Origin: Candidatus Bathyarchaeia archaeon
GTDB lineage: Archaea > Thermoproteota > Bathyarchaeia > Bathyarchaeales > Bathycorpusculaceae
DNA length: 40,319 nucleotides
Reading direction: 5' to 3'
Assembly: GCA_037481775.1 (NCBI GenBank)
Contig: JBBFKZ010000015.1
Span: 1 to 40,319 of the forward strand
A model generated the notes under the pieces. The model was not told where the DNA came from, did not search any database, and saw only the letters and a program-made list of their open reading frames with translations. Shown in pieces: positions 1 to 10,737 of the stretch (the first letter of the stretch is position 1; each line of letters starts with the position of its first letter). The translations under genes and the position numbers were made by a program.

Positions 1-1
1 G

Positions 2-424
2 CTCAATGTTCTGAAGGCCACGAAAATTACGCCTAAGCGAATATGCTATTATACCGCTGCCGACTGGAAACGGCAAGTTTACCGCCGCGTAATAGCCCAG
101 ACAGTTGAGGGTGAAGTTAAAGTCAACGAAGTTATGAAGCAGCTTTCGCAAGATCCAAGCTTAAGAGAGAACATGAAGGCGGTCGCCAGTTTTGTTCCAA
201 AAGTGATAAAAGCTATGAGCAGATTGCCTAACGAGAGAAAAGCGCGCATCGCAAAGATTGAAATGCTTAATGAAAAGGAAATAATTGAGGCGGCACGAGG
301 CTTTTTGCAGGAAAGGTTTAACGCGGAAGTCGCGGTCTACAGCGAAGAGGACAAAGCACGTTATGACCCGAAGCAACGCGCAGCCTTGGCTATGCCAAGT
401 CAACCAGCAATTTACATAGAATAA
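2..424 (+). CDS. leuS: Leucyl-tRNA synthetase, C-terminal part (5' end outside the window)
   Basis: Frame is open from base 2 (LNVLKATKITPKRICYYTAADWK...) and ends YDPKQRAALAMPSQPAIYIE, the typical archaeal LeuRS C-terminus (DPxxxAxxAxPxxPAIYIE). Confidence 0.88.
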   Translation, partial: LNVLKATKITPKRICYYTAADWKRQVYRRVIAQTVEGEVKVNEVMKQLSQDPSLRENMKAVASFVPKVIKAMSRLPNERKARIAKIEMLNEKEIIEAARGFLQERFNAEVAVYSEEDKARYDPKQRAALAMPSQPAIYIE

Positions 425-439
425 TTCAGTGAATGCGCC

Positions 440-946
440 ATGTCTCAAAGGTATCGGAGATATTCCTTGAAATCAAAAAGTGTCAAAGTAATTCTAAATG
501 AAGTTTCGGAGAGGCTGAAAGTAAACGTTGAAGCGTTTTTTGGTTCAAAAGTAAACGTTGAAGTAGTCGAAGCTGACTTCGGTCAAATCTATCTTGTAAA
601 CGGCAAACCCTTATTCTTTAATGCCGGGGCGAAGACTCTGCCCACGCTACTTTTCCAAGAATTCACGGCGCAAGCGCCTAAAGTGGTTGTTGACATGGGC
701 GCTGTCCCCTATGTCTGTAAAGGCGCCGATGTAATGGCACCCGGCATTGTGCGAATTGAAGGCAACTTCGCCAAAGGCGACCTTGTGCTGGTGATAGATG
801 AGAAGCATGGAAAAGCGCTTGCTCTATGCGAAAGCCTATACGATTCAGAAACAGCACGAAGTGCTAAGCAAGGCGCAGTTGTTAAGAACCTTCACTTTGT
901 AAGCGATAAAATCTGGAACTTGGCAAAAACGTTAGCTGATCGATAA
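440..946 (+). CDS. PUA-domain RNA-binding protein (DUF1947 + PUA; MCT-1/Tma20-like)
   Basis: VVVDMGAVPYVCKGADVMAPGIV PUA signature; ends KNLHFVSDKIW. Confidence 0.88.
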   Translation: MSQRYRRYSLKSKSVKVILNEVSERLKVNVEAFFGSKVNVEVVEADFGQIYLVNGKPLFFNAGAKTLPTLLFQEFTAQAPKVVVDMGAVPYVCKGADVMAPGIVRIEGNFAKGDLVLVIDEKHGKALALCESLYDSETARSAKQGAVVKNLHFVSDKIWNLAKTLADR

Positions 947-1015
947 TAACATGTTATTTCCAGATTAGCCTTTATAAAAAAGGGCGAGAATCCAATGTTG
1001 AATTATCCTCTGATG

Positions 1016-1483
1016 CTATGCGCTTTGTATAGGCTGCATATCGCTGGTGGCTTCAGCCTTTTCGTTCATGAAGTTTATTGCTTGCAAAATTGAAGTTGCC
1101 ACATTTAAAAGGCTCAACGACAGAGCAATTGTGGTAAACGCCGTTAAGTCCAAAGTTAAGCTGAGGTTTTGGTAGCTTGTGTTGATTACGCCGTCGCCCA
1201 ATGAAATAAGCAGGTAACCCATAAAGAACAGTGCTCTAGCCGTTCTGAAAATATGCTCGAAAATTGTGCGCGCCGTAACATCGCCTATAATCATAAGCGC
1301 AATGTAAATTGCAACGAAGGCTTCGATAGATTCCATAACGCTTGGAATCAACTCAAAAAGCGGTGCTAACAGTGGCGCAAGGAGAAAATAAATCAGATAA
1401 ACAAATATTGCTTTTAACGTGGCCTTTGCAATTCTGAATGCAACATCTTTGATGATGTTTTTGCTTTTTCTTTCTTCAACCAT
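1016..1483 (-). CDS. Hypothetical membrane protein (about 4 TM)
   Basis: 155-aa ORF with four hydrophobic stretches; overlaps the upstream gene by 8 nt, operon-like. Confidence 0.7.
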   Translation of the reverse strand: MVEERKSKNIIKDVAFRIAKATLKAIFVYLIYFLLAPLLAPLFELIPSVMESIEAFVAIYIALMIIGDVTARTIFEHIFRTARALFFMGYLLISLGDGVINTSYQNLSLTLDLTAFTTIALSLSLLNVATSILQAINFMNEKAEATSDMQPIQSA

Positions 1484-2267
1484 AGGAGATCACCAGAGGC
1501 CCATACTCAAAAAGCGCCGTGGAAAAGTAAACATTGCAGCGCCCTCTCTGCGCGGTTGCTAAAGATCCAGCGTTTAACGGAACATAAAATTCCAAATCCT
1601 CACTGAAAGGCGAGTACTTCAAAGCGTAGAACAGTGTTTGGCTTTCGCCTATGACAGAATCAGTGCTGTCAAAAAGCACTACTCGAATGGTGCCTTCAAA
1701 GTCAAAAGCAGCGTGATTCTCAAAATTCAGGGGCACATTCACGATGCTATGTGTGGAGTTAAACTGACTGAAGGATGGCTGCTCTATAGCAAAATTGTAT
1801 AAGGGCGCACCCCATGGTAGCGTCAAGTTAGTTGAAATCTGAGCTGGCAAAAAATCTGCGAAAGTTAATCCAGCCGCGACTTGAGCGGTAAGGTTTGCGT
1901 CGTTGAATAGGTACTGCTCAGTGCTTTCAAGTATATCCTCTATGTTTAATGTCGCGTTATGCACAAGCGTTACGCTTTCTCCGCGCGATATAAGTGGAAC
2001 CGACGATTTAGCGCTAGAAATTACTCTGCCTTTAGCATCTGAAAACACCGTTGCAAGCTGGAAATCTTTAAGGTCACAGTATCCACCATTTTCTATGTAT
2101 ATTGGTAACGAAAACAGCAATTTGCCCTCGGATGTCACCATAAATTTTGGTTCATCTATGCTAAAGTTAAGATCCTTGAGCGAAAAAGCAGATATTGCAA
2201 TAAAGGCTATGATAAGAATCCAAAAGATGGATGTAGCTAAGCTCAGCGCGCGAATCGGAACATTCAT
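1476..2267 (-). CDS. Membrane-anchored beta-rich protein (possibly two LEA_2/Ig-like domains)
   Basis: N-terminal TM helix then two similar beta-rich segments (LPIYIENGGYCDL / VPLNFENHAAFDF). Start placed at ATG 2267; ATG 2303 (ATGA overlap) is an alternative. Confidence 0.65.
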   Translation of the reverse strand: MNVPIRALSLATSIFWILIIAFIAISAFSLKDLNFSIDEPKFMVTSEGKLLFSLPIYIENGGYCDLKDFQLATVFSDAKGRVISSAKSSVPLISRGESVTLVHNATLNIEDILESTEQYLFNDANLTAQVAAGLTFADFLPAQISTNLTLPWGAPLYNFAIEQPSFSQFNSTHSIVNVPLNFENHAAFDFEGTIRVVLFDSTDSVIGESQTLFYALKYSPFSEDLEFYVPLNAGSLATAQRGRCNVYFSTALFEYGPLVISYG

Positions 2268-2299
2268 CGCAGAACCTTCTTTAATGAATGAATGGGGTT

Positions 2300-2668
2300 T
2301 CATTGAGCTTGCTTAGTTTTCGCGGCTTGTGGCTCTAATTGCTTATTTTGTTCAGATACTGGAGATGCTTGAGATGTTGGCGCAGCGACTTCCGATTTAG
2401 CCGCATTAATCATTATTGTAACGCCTCGAATAGTTATCAGTGAACCAACCCAGCCCATGACGCCTAGGTACATTATGTGTATGGCCGCTGCAATTAAGGG
2501 CCCTAATGCTTCCCCGAAAGTTTGCGTGAGATTATTGGCGGATAGCGGCATTATGCTTTCCGTTAGATAGCCGTAGGCGCTAAAGAACGTGAATATGAGA
2601 AGAGCAATTCCTATGAATAAAACAGTTACACCTGAAAGAACGATTTTGTCTCTAAAGCTCTTAAACAT
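2300..2668 (-). CDS. Hypothetical membrane protein (2 TM, polar tail)
   Basis: 122-aa ORF with two hydrophobic helices; first gene of a 3-gene unit divergent from radA. Confidence 0.7.
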   Translation of the reverse strand: MFKSFRDKIVLSGVTVLFIGIALLIFTFFSAYGYLTESIMPLSANNLTQTFGEALGPLIAAAIHIMYLGVMGWVGSLITIRGVTIMINAAKSEVAAPTSQASPVSEQNKQLEPQAAKTKQAQ

Positions 2669-2906
2669 TAATGTGCAGCCTCTTTTACATTAGAAAGATT
2701 GATTTACTGTGAATTAATATAAATTTTTAGAATATTGAAACAGAATTAAAGTTAACTATCAGAAATCAGAGTTCAAAACCAAAAAGGGTAACAGTGCAGC
2801 ATGGGTCTCTGTTTTCACTTTAACTTACCTCTCCACGTATTAGATGCCCACATGTTTAGTGCATTTTAAATATGGCTTTCTGCAACTCTTTCCACACGTG
2901 AGCTTA

Positions 2907-3938
2907 ATGTCAGAAGAAACAAACATTGGAAGCCAAAACGGCAATGTCGCACCGACCAAGAAAAAGTACGAGTTTATAGAAGATTTGCCTGGTGTCGGCC
3001 CTGCTACAGCCCAAAAACTGCGCGACCTCGGATATCATACGGTTGAGTCGTTGGCTATGGCTACTGCACGTGAACTTGAACCTATCGGCGTCGGCGAAAA
3101 AAAGGCTTTCTCTATGATAGAAGCCGCGCGCTCCGCCATTGGCTTCTCTTTTGTGCGTGCAGACGAGCTTCTAAAAATGCGCCAGAACGTTTTGCGGCTA
3201 ACCACAGGTAGCAAGGCTTTGGACCGGATCCTAGATGGTGGTTTAGAAACCCAAACTATCACCGAATTCTATGGTGAATATGGCAGTGGAAAAAGCCAAA
3301 TCTGTCACCAACTGTGCGTGAACGTTCAGTTACCCCCCGAGCGTGGCGGGCTCAATGGTGGCGCATTGTATATAGATACAGAGAATACTTTTAGACTTGA
3401 ACGTATTGTACAAATGTCGAAGCATTTGGGACTTGATCCTGAGCAAGTAGTTAAGAACATCATTTACGCTGAAGCATACACCTCGGATCACCAGATGTTT
3501 CTGCTGGAAAACGCAGATGAAGTTATCAAGGCTAATAATATTAAACTGATAATCATCGACTCTCTAACAGCCCACTTCAGAAGCGAATACATCGGACGGG
3601 AAATGCTTGCGAGCAGGCAGCAGAAGCTGAATAAGCACATGCATAAACTCCTCGGCTTAGCAAGAGCATTTAACGCTGTGGCTGTTGTAACTAACCAGGT
3701 TATGGCTAAACCAGATGTATTTTTCGGCGATGCAATTCACCCCATAGGCGGTCACATTGTTGGGCATACAAGTCACACGCGCCTTTATCTACGGAGAGCC
3801 TCGCGTGGTCCAGTACGCATTGCTCGGCTGGTGTCAAGTCCATATTTGCCTGAGGGCGAGGAAATCTTTAAAGTAACCGAAAACGGTATAGAAGACGCCT
3901 CGGAAGAGGAAAAAACAAGCAAGCACCGTGATCATTAA
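2907..3938 (+). CDS. radA: DNA repair and recombination protein RadA
   Basis: N-terminal HhH (EDLPGVGPATAQKL), oligomerisation motif FVRA, Walker A GEYGSGKS, YIDTENTFR, Walker B LIIIDS, TNQV. Start moved to ATG 2907, downstream of the TTTTAAAT box. Confidence 0.97.
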   Translation: MSEETNIGSQNGNVAPTKKKYEFIEDLPGVGPATAQKLRDLGYHTVESLAMATARELEPIGVGEKKAFSMIEAARSAIGFSFVRADELLKMRQNVLRLTTGSKALDRILDGGLETQTITEFYGEYGSGKSQICHQLCVNVQLPPERGGLNGGALYIDTENTFRLERIVQMSKHLGLDPEQVVKNIIYAEAYTSDHQMFLLENADEVIKANNIKLIIIDSLTAHFRSEYIGREMLASRQQKLNKHMHKLLGLARAFNAVAVVTNQVMAKPDVFFGDAIHPIGGHIVGHTSHTRLYLRRASRGPVRIARLVSSPYLPEGEEIFKVTENGIEDASEEEKTSKHRDH

Positions 3939-3940
3939 AA

Positions 3941-4399
3941 ATGCCTATCCCTCAAGCCTTAGTCACCAGGTACTTCCAGCTTCTGGTTAATAGGCAGTTC
4001 ACAGAAGCGGCGCGGGAGCTGGAACGGCTTAAACAGAAAATGCAGAAGACAGAATGGAACAGAGGCTACTTCAGAGCGTTATATGGCATGTATCTTTCAA
4101 AGAAAAACAACGATGACTCGTATGCTTTCCTTTCAAAACTTGATTTAAGCGACACTGAAGCCCTTCACAAGTATAGACGAGAATTTCTGGATCATATGCG
4201 AAATGGGCTTCACGGCGATTTTGATCGCGGTTACTTCTCAGCTTGGGCTGACTGCATGCGTATTCTAAGCCGAATGAATATTTCACTAGCGCAGAGCAGT
4301 GACAGTACTGGTACTGAAAAGACGAAAATAGAGACATTGAAAAGTGATAAGAACCAGGCTACAATTGCAAATTTTTTGCAGGGAGATAAAAAGGCATAA
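3941..4399 (+). CDS. Hypothetical helical protein directly downstream of radA
   Basis: 152-aa ORF starting 2 nt after the radA stop; repeated W/F-x-RGYF-x-A motif. Confidence 0.75.
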   Translation: MPIPQALVTRYFQLLVNRQFTEAARELERLKQKMQKTEWNRGYFRALYGMYLSKKNNDDSYAFLSKLDLSDTEALHKYRREFLDHMRNGLHGDFDRGYFSAWADCMRILSRMNISLAQSSDSTGTEKTKIETLKSDKNQATIANFLQGDKKA

Positions 4400-4411
4400 A
4401 CTTGCTAGTGG

Positions 4412-4702
4412 CTAAAGCTGTCCGCTCATAATGGAGTAAGTTAGTATAAAGAAAACTATCCATGAAATGAAGTATATTCCTATGCCCATAGTCATGAGTT
4501 TTGTTTGTTTCTCTACTTTATTATAGAATTTAGCTTTAATCAAGTAGTATGATATTAAGTAAACTAGTAAAGCTATTGTTACACCGTTTGTGAATGTGGT
4601 CAAGGCGGTTGCATTTTGCATTGTGGCTACAAACGCGCTGATTAAAGCAGCTACTATGCCTAACGTTAGCCTAGTCCAGTAGATTATCGCCAATGGTTTC
4701 AT
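4412..4702 (-). CDS. Small 3-TM membrane protein, EMC6-like archaeal family (tentative)
   Basis: 96 aa, three TM segments, C-terminal GIGIYFISWIVFFILTY resembles EMC6-type proteins. Confidence 0.55.
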   Translation of the reverse strand: MKPLAIIYWTRLTLGIVAALISAFVATMQNATALTTFTNGVTIALLVYLISYYLIKAKFYNKVEKQTKLMTMGIGIYFISWIVFFILTYSIMSGQL

Positions 4703-4925
4703 TTAACATCAGTCCTTTCGGACTCTATATTTTTGAACCTACATTAAAAGGTGTCTATTTCATAAATCATTTCTGGCTGCCGGGCTTAGAGCGGCCCAAG
4801 TGCATGATGCGCTGTAATATTTATCTAATGTTCATAAGCGTTTTATAAAATAGTTAATAACCGATTCTGAGTGCTTGGAGGCTCCCATCAAGGGGGATTA
4901 TAGATTAAATAATGGCGAATAATTC

Positions 4926-6624
4926 ATGAACTTACGTAGGAAAACAATGTTTTCGATGACGATTGCGCCAATAGTTATTATTGTGATAATGCTTGTTGGT
5001 GCTAAATTTATTCTACTAGATAGTTTTGCATCAATGGAAGCCCAGCTGGCTGAGGCGAACGTTAAGCGCGGTCTCAGCGCTTTAGCAAAGGTGCTGTCTG
5101 AGCTGGATAATACAGTGCGTGACTGGGCTGCATGGGATGACACATACAAGTTCATACAGGATGCAAATGAAGACTTTAAAAAAATCCAATCTTGTTAACG
5201 AAACCTTCGCGAATTTAGAAGTTAACATGATGATTTTTATAAATTCACAAGGGGACATAGTCTACGGGAAGGCCTACAATATTACCGATTCAAGCGAAAT
5301 GCCTATTCCGCAAGAGTTTGTAAATTTGCTATCTGCCAACGGGCTTCTCTGGAATCACACTGACCCAGAAAATTACATAACAGGTATAGTTCATTTGAAA
5401 GAAACTCCTCTGCTAATCGCTTCTCACCCAATATTGACAAGCCAACGTGAAGGCCCGATTCGAGGAGCTTTGATTATAGGCCGTTTTCTCGACGACGCGG
5501 CAGTTAAAAAGTTGTCAGAATCGATTTTTCTTCCGTTGTCTGTTACCTCTTTCAATAACTCGGAAAGCAAGATAGAATTCCAATCATTACATTCATCCAC
5601 ATTCTTCGAGGATGTGCCAATTTACTCTAGCCCCATAAGCGCAGATTACATTGAAGGATGTGCCGTCATAAAAGATGTCTATGGCAACTTTGCACTTACA
5701 ATGAGAGTTGATACTCCGCGTGACTTCTATAAGCAAGCTTTGAATAGCATACTCTTCTTTGTTGCAAACTTGGCTATTTCAATAATTGCCATTGTAATAA
5801 TAGCCACTTTAATTATTGACAGAGGCGTTTTATCTCGAATAGAGCGGCTTGCTACTAACGTAAAACAATTGGGAAAAAACGGCAATCTTTCTGAGCACCT
5901 TTCATGGACCGATAAAGATGAGGTTGCTCTTTTGGCAGAGGCAATAGAAAACACGATGAACGAACGAATCAAAGCCATAAGAACACTAGCTGCGATGGTT
6001 GGTCATGATTTACGGAATCCGTTGACTGGAATATCAGGCGCCGCTCAGTATCTTAAGCGAAGATATGGTTCACTTCTGGACGAGAAAGGACACGAAATGC
6101 TTGAAATAATCGAGAAGGATGTTCAATACTCAAACAAAATCATCAACGACCTGCTTGAATATTCAACAACAATTAGGTTGGACATAAGTAAAACCACTCC
6201 TAAACTGTTGGTCACTGAAGCGTTATCGCATATTGCTTTTCCAAAAAACATACAGCTAATCGACTCTACACAAGACAATCTGAAAATCGAGGTTGACGTA
6301 GACAAGATGAAAAGGGTATTCATCAACCTGATTAGAAATGCCGTTGACGCTATGCCTAACGGCGGAAAACTAACAATAACTAGCGAAAAATATAATGGCG
6401 AAGTAAAATTTGTCTTCACTGACACAGGCGTGGGTATCTCCGAGGAGAACCTTAATCGACTCTTCGAGCCGCTTTTTACCACGAAAGCACGGGGCATGGG
6501 TTTAGGGCTATCAATCTGCAAGCGCATAGTCGAGGCTCACGGAGGCACCATCACCGTGGAAAGCGAACCAAACAAGGGAACAACCTTCACAATAACACTC
6601 CCAATAGAGCCAAAACTGGATTAG
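4926..6624 (+). pseudogene. CHASE4-HAMP sensor histidine kinase split by a one-base frameshift (real lesion or sequencing error)
   Basis: ORF 4926-5198 has TM plus CHASE4 motif DWAAWDDTY. ORF to 6624 has the rest of CHASE4, TM, HAMP, H-box GHDLRNPL, N-box NLIRNAVDA, DTGVG, FTTK and GMGLGL. Removing one A from the A7 run at 5178-5184 gives ...EDFKKSNLVNETF... Confidence 0.85.
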
Positions 6625-6721
6625 CCTTCACAAAATTTCTTATATGCTACCGCGAACTGGCTGGTTCCTATCAGCGAATTTATCTTACAGTTTGTGCATA
6701 TAGCCTTCAGATTATGGTGAG

Positions 6722-8785
6722 TTGGGCTCTTTGCGTAAAAAGGAATTCTCAAGCTTTGACGTTGCCGTCGTAGTTAACGAGCTTAAAAATGCCATAGTAA
6801 ACGCGCGAGTTAACAACATTTACCAGCTTGATGCCAAAACGCTGCTGTTTAAGCTGCATAAAACAGACCAGCCGCCGCTACGCCTAATCGCTGAAGCAGG
6901 CGAAAGACTACATTTAACCTCTTACGCTTTTGAGCCGCCTCAGGTTCCGCCGGCGTTCTGCATGGCTCTGCGGAAGCATCTGCGCGGTGCTTGGATAGCC
7001 AACGTAGAACAGCACGAATTTGAAAGAATAGTCACTGTTTACTTTAAGATCAAGACGGGCTTGATGCGGCTTATTTTGGAGCTTTTTGGCGAAGGCAACA
7101 TCATCCTGACAGGAGAAAAAGGCGAGATACTGCAAGCTTTGATTTTCAAGCGCATGCGCGACCGCAACATCCTCCGCAACGAGGTTTTCCAGTTTCCACC
7201 TTCAAGCGGCAAGAATCCATTTAAAGTGGCAAGAGATGAGTTGAAGCTGGCTTTGAGGGGTTTTGGAGATGTGGAAGTTGTTAGAGCAATAGCACGTTTT
7301 CTCGGCGTAGGCGGAGTTTACGCGGAAGAAATCCTACTCAGGGCTAATTTTGAAAAAACCAGAAAGTGCAATGACTTAACGGATTCCGAAATTGGCGCCA
7401 TATACGACGGCCTTCAAAATTTGCTTTCAGCTATTTCCAGCTTCAAGACGGAGCCCCACATAGTTTTGGCTGAAGATGACAGTTTTCTGGACGCTGTGCC
7501 GTTCAAGCTTAAACGTTACGAAGCCTTTAGGCATCAGCTTTACAGCAGCTTTAATGAAGCCTTGGATGAGTTTTACCTGAAAGTTAAAGCTGCTGAGCAG
7601 GCAGCTGCCAGCATTGAAGTTGACAAGCTGAGGCAGGAAGCGGAGAGACTTAGGCGCGTAATTGCTGAGCAGGAGCGCGCTTTGCGTGAAGATGAAGCGA
7701 AAGCGGAACGCGACAGACACATCGGCGACGTTATTTATGCGCATTCAAGCGAACTCCAAAGCCTTCTTGACAAATTCACAGCAGCAAAAAGGGAAGGGAA
7801 AGATTGGAAAGAGCTTATTTCGGAAGTTTTAGCTGCTAAAGGTTCGAGTAGAACGCCAGAAGCTTTCATAGAATCTTTTGATGCGCGAAATCTTGCTGTT
7901 AACGTTTGCATTGATAACTTGCGTTTCAGCCTAAACCTGCGCAGAACATTGTTTGAGAATGCTGCTGAATACTATGAGCGGGGGAAAAAAGCTAAGCAGA
8001 AAGCCGCTGGCGCCTTGACCGCCTTAGAAGAGTCTCGCAGAAAGTTGGCTGAAATTGAGCAACGCCAACGCGAAGTGGAGACGCTGAAAACTGTTAAGCC
8101 CATGGAAATCATGGAAGAGCTGGTTAAGCGTAAAGTGAAGCGCAAAGAATGGTATGAAAAGTTCCGCTGGTTCAGATCTTCTGACGGGTTCTTGGTGGTG
8201 GCAGGCAAAGATGCGGTCAGCAACGAAGTGCTTGTTAAGAAGTACGCTGGGGCTGATGACGTTGTTTTCCACGCTGATGTTGCAGGCGCCCCGTTTGTGG
8301 TTGTTAAAGCTGAAGGCAAAGCTCCGAGTGAGCAGGCGTTGCGTGAGGCTGGCGAGTACGCGGCTGCGTTCTCCAGAGCTTGGCGCGAAGGTGCTGGTTC
8401 AGCGGATGTTTACTGGGTTAAGCCCAGCCAATTAAGCAAAAGTGGCCCTTCAGGCGAGTACGTGCCTCATGGCGCCTTTGCCGTGAGTGGCAAACGTAAC
8501 TGGATGCGAGGCGTACCGCTTAGAGTAGCTGTTGGCGTGATTGAAAAAGACGGCAAAGTGACGTTTGTGGGCGGTCCTTTAGATGCTGTTAAAGCAAAAA
8601 CAAACGTCTACGTCACTGTTGTGCCAGGAGATTCGTCAGACAAAGAGTTTCTTAAGCAGATTCTGCAGGCTTTAATTGCAAAGCTGCCGAAGGAGCAACG
8701 TGAAAAACTTGGCAAAGTGTCGATTGAGCATATTAGGGAGTTTGTGCCCTACATCAAAGGTACATTAGTCACTACTGGTTTTTGA
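6722..8785 (+). CDS. rqcH: Ribosome quality-control factor Rqc2/NEMF homologue (NFACT family)
   Basis: [29 protein letters not shown], long coiled coil, [26 protein letters not shown]. Confidence 0.93.
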   Translation: MGSLRKKEFSSFDVAVVVNELKNAIVNARVNNIYQLDAKTLLFKLHKTDQPPLRLIAEAGERLHLTSYAFEPPQVPPAFCMALRKHLRGAWIANVEQHEFERIVTVYFKIKTGLMRLILELFGEGNIILTGEKGEILQALIFKRMRDRNILRNEVFQFPPSSGKNPFKVARDELKLALRGFGDVEVVRAIARFLGVGGVYAEEILLRANFEKTRKCNDLTDSEIGAIYDGLQNLLSAISSFKTEPHIVLAEDDSFLDAVPFKLKRYEAFRHQLYSSFNEALDEFYLKVKAAEQAAASIEVDKLRQEAERLRRVIAEQERALREDEAKAERDRHIGDVIYAHSSELQSLLDKFTAAKREGKDWKELISEVLAAKGSSRTPEAFIESFDARNLAVNVCIDNLRFSLNLRRTLFENAAEYYERGKKAKQKAAGALTALEESRRKLAEIEQRQREVETLKTVKPMEIMEELVKRKVKRKEWYEKFRWFRSSDGFLVVAGKDAVSNEVLVKKYAGADDVVFHADVAGAPFVVVKAEGKAPSEQALREAGEYAAAFSRAWREGAGSADVYWVKPSQLSKSGPSGEYVPHGAFAVSGKRNWMRGVPLRVAVGVIEKDGKVTFVGGPLDAVKAKTNVYVTVVPGDSSDKEFLKQILQALIAKLPKEQREKLGKVSIEHIREFVPYIKGTLVTTGF

Positions 8786-9233
8786 ATCGCTGCTTATAGC
8801 CTTCGTAGTCGGGTAAGATGCGCGGATATTCCTGCTGCATCAGCGGCGACGATATCAAGAAGTCGGCGGAAGCTCGGTTGCAAGCTATGGGTATGTTCCA
8901 CACCACAGCAATGCGCAATAAAGCCTTCACATCAGGGTCATGCGGCAGAGGCGACAGCGGATCCCAGAAGAAAATCAGGAAGTCGATGGAGCCTTCAGCT
9001 ATGCGGGCACCTATCTGCTGGTCACCTCCCAACGGGCCGCTCTCAAAGATGGTGATTTTTGAACCTAATTCTTGCTCCAAAAGTTTGCCCGTGGTTCCTG
9101 TAGCGTAAAGCTCATGCTTAAGAAGAGTGCCCTTGTTAAACTTGACCCATTCAAGTAGATCTGCTTTTTTATTATCGTGTGCTATAAGGGCGATTCTTTT
9201 TCTTTGTCCCATTAATGCTATCCGATGTGACAT
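8772..9233 (-). CDS. mgsA: Methylglyoxal synthase
   Basis: [45 protein letters not shown]: full MgsA catalytic signature. Confidence 0.96.
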   Translation of the reverse strand: MSHRIALMGQRKRIALIAHDNKKADLLEWVKFNKGTLLKHELYATGTTGKLLEQELGSKITIFESGPLGGDQQIGARIAEGSIDFLIFFWDPLSPLPHDPDVKALLRIAVVWNIPIACNRASADFLISSPLMQQEYPRILPDYEGYKQRFKNQ

Positions 9234-9361
9234 GGTTTGTGTGCTCCCAGCTTTAACGTTAGCTTACGCGGCTGCCTATAACGATTTCTACAATAAAATA
9301 TGGAGTCTCCATTCACGTGTGCTATTTTTTGCCAAAAGGGCATTTTTCAAAATGCGCTATG

Positions 9362-10537
9362 CTATTTTTCCAAGTCTTGATTATTTTTGATGAGTTTTGA
9401 AAAAAGCGGGATAATAACTATCATGGATCCGATTACCGCGATTGCCGTTAGAGTCAAGAAATCTGCAGCCAATATGCCCATGGCTACTCCTTCATAAGCA
9501 ATTATGAAGGACATTTCCGCTCTTACAGCAAGCCCAGCAGTTATCGCCCACAATGTCTTGCTTTTGAAGCCAGCTAAGCGGCCGCCGATTAAGCCGCCAG
9601 TCATCCGAGCAAGGAGGGCTACTCCAAGAATAATTAAGCCTGCTGGAAGCAAGATCAGCATACTTCCTGGGTTAATTGCGAGTCCTATGCTAGTGAAGAA
9701 TATGGCGGCGAATAGTTCTTTCATCATAGAGATTTTTTCTGCAAGTTTTTCGCCTATTCTTGGGTAGGGAATTATCGCGCCCATTATGAAAGCGCCTGTT
9801 ATAGCAGATAAGCCAAACAATGTCGCGGCGAAAGCTAACATTAAACCTAAACCAAGGAGTGTAATGAAGAGAACTTCATCGGAGACTAAACCTTGCAGTT
9901 TCTTGATTACAAAAGGCAAAATTTTGCTGCCGACATAAATGGATACGAGAATAAACAATGTGGCAACAACGCCGATGCTTAGCGCATTTATTGCTGAAAT
10001 CGTACCCATGCCAAGCGCGCTTAGAACTATTGTCAGTAATAGGATAGACTCGATATCGTCTAATACACATGCAGTAAGTAAGCTGGCTCCAATTTTTGTT
10101 TCAACTATGCCTTCATAACTAAGCATCGCTGCTATTACGCTTGTTCCACTAGGCGCCAAAACAGCGCCTAAAAGAAGCGAAGCCTGCCATGAGAAACCCA
10201 AAGCTAATCCTATACCATAACCTAATAATATCGAGAGGATAACGCCTGTCGTGGTGATGAGGAAGGCTGTTTTGCCGACTTTCAAGAATGAGGCGGCATC
10301 AAACTCTAATCCCGTGGTAAAAAGTATCAAGATGACGCCTAAACTTGCGAGTACATTGATAACAGTGACATCTCTTACAAGCCCCAATCCGCCTGGGCCG
10401 CCTATAAAGAGGCCGACGAGGATGGCGCCGATAACGCTTGGAAGCTTGAGTTTCCTAAATAGCCCGGAGCAAAGTGAGGCGACAACAATTAGTAATCCAA
10501 CCTGGAAAAGTATGAACACTGTCGGATCTGTGGGCAT
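9362..10537 (-). CDS. Cation:proton antiporter (CPA2, Kef/NapA-like), no cytoplasmic KTN domain
   Basis: About 12 TM; LFTTGLEFD, ACVLDDI, GAFIMG, FFTSIG, RAEMSFII. Confidence 0.88.
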   Translation of the reverse strand: MPTDPTVFILFQVGLLIVVASLCSGLFRKLKLPSVIGAILVGLFIGGPGGLGLVRDVTVINVLASLGVILILFTTGLEFDAASFLKVGKTAFLITTTGVILSILLGYGIGLALGFSWQASLLLGAVLAPSGTSVIAAMLSYEGIVETKIGASLLTACVLDDIESILLLTIVLSALGMGTISAINALSIGVVATLFILVSIYVGSKILPFVIKKLQGLVSDEVLFITLLGLGLMLAFAATLFGLSAITGAFIMGAIIPYPRIGEKLAEKISMMKELFAAIFFTSIGLAINPGSMLILLPAGLIILGVALLARMTGGLIGGRLAGFKSKTLWAITAGLAVRAEMSFIIAYEGVAMGILAADFLTLTAIAVIGSMIVIIPLFSKLIKNNQDLEK

Positions 10538-10737
10538 AAAAGTAAGGGCAACTTTAAACTATATTTTTCTTTCGTGCAAAATTGAAACGGAAACAAGCGC
10601 AGGAATTTGTTACTTGCCTAAACGGTATTGTTTTAGCGGCATCTTGCGAAAGGGCGCGTGGAGATTTGGCTTGAAATTGAAAAAGCGATAAAGTTAGGCA
10701 TTGCGTGGTGTTTCTCGAAAATATGAGGTTGTTTTGA

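Noticed and set aside
518-563. 16-bp direct repeat AAAGTAAACGTTGAAG (518 and 548)
   Set aside because: In-frame coding micro-duplication (KVNVE twice); only two copies, not CRISPR.
1903-2316. Antisense and alternate-frame ORFs in the track (e.g. 1903-2316, 10251-10691, 23616-24110, 39287-39508)
   Set aside because: Shadows of better-supported genes; no motifs of their own.
8772-8785. 14-nt convergent overlap of rqcH and mgsA
   Set aside because: Short 3' overlaps are common in compact archaeal genomes.
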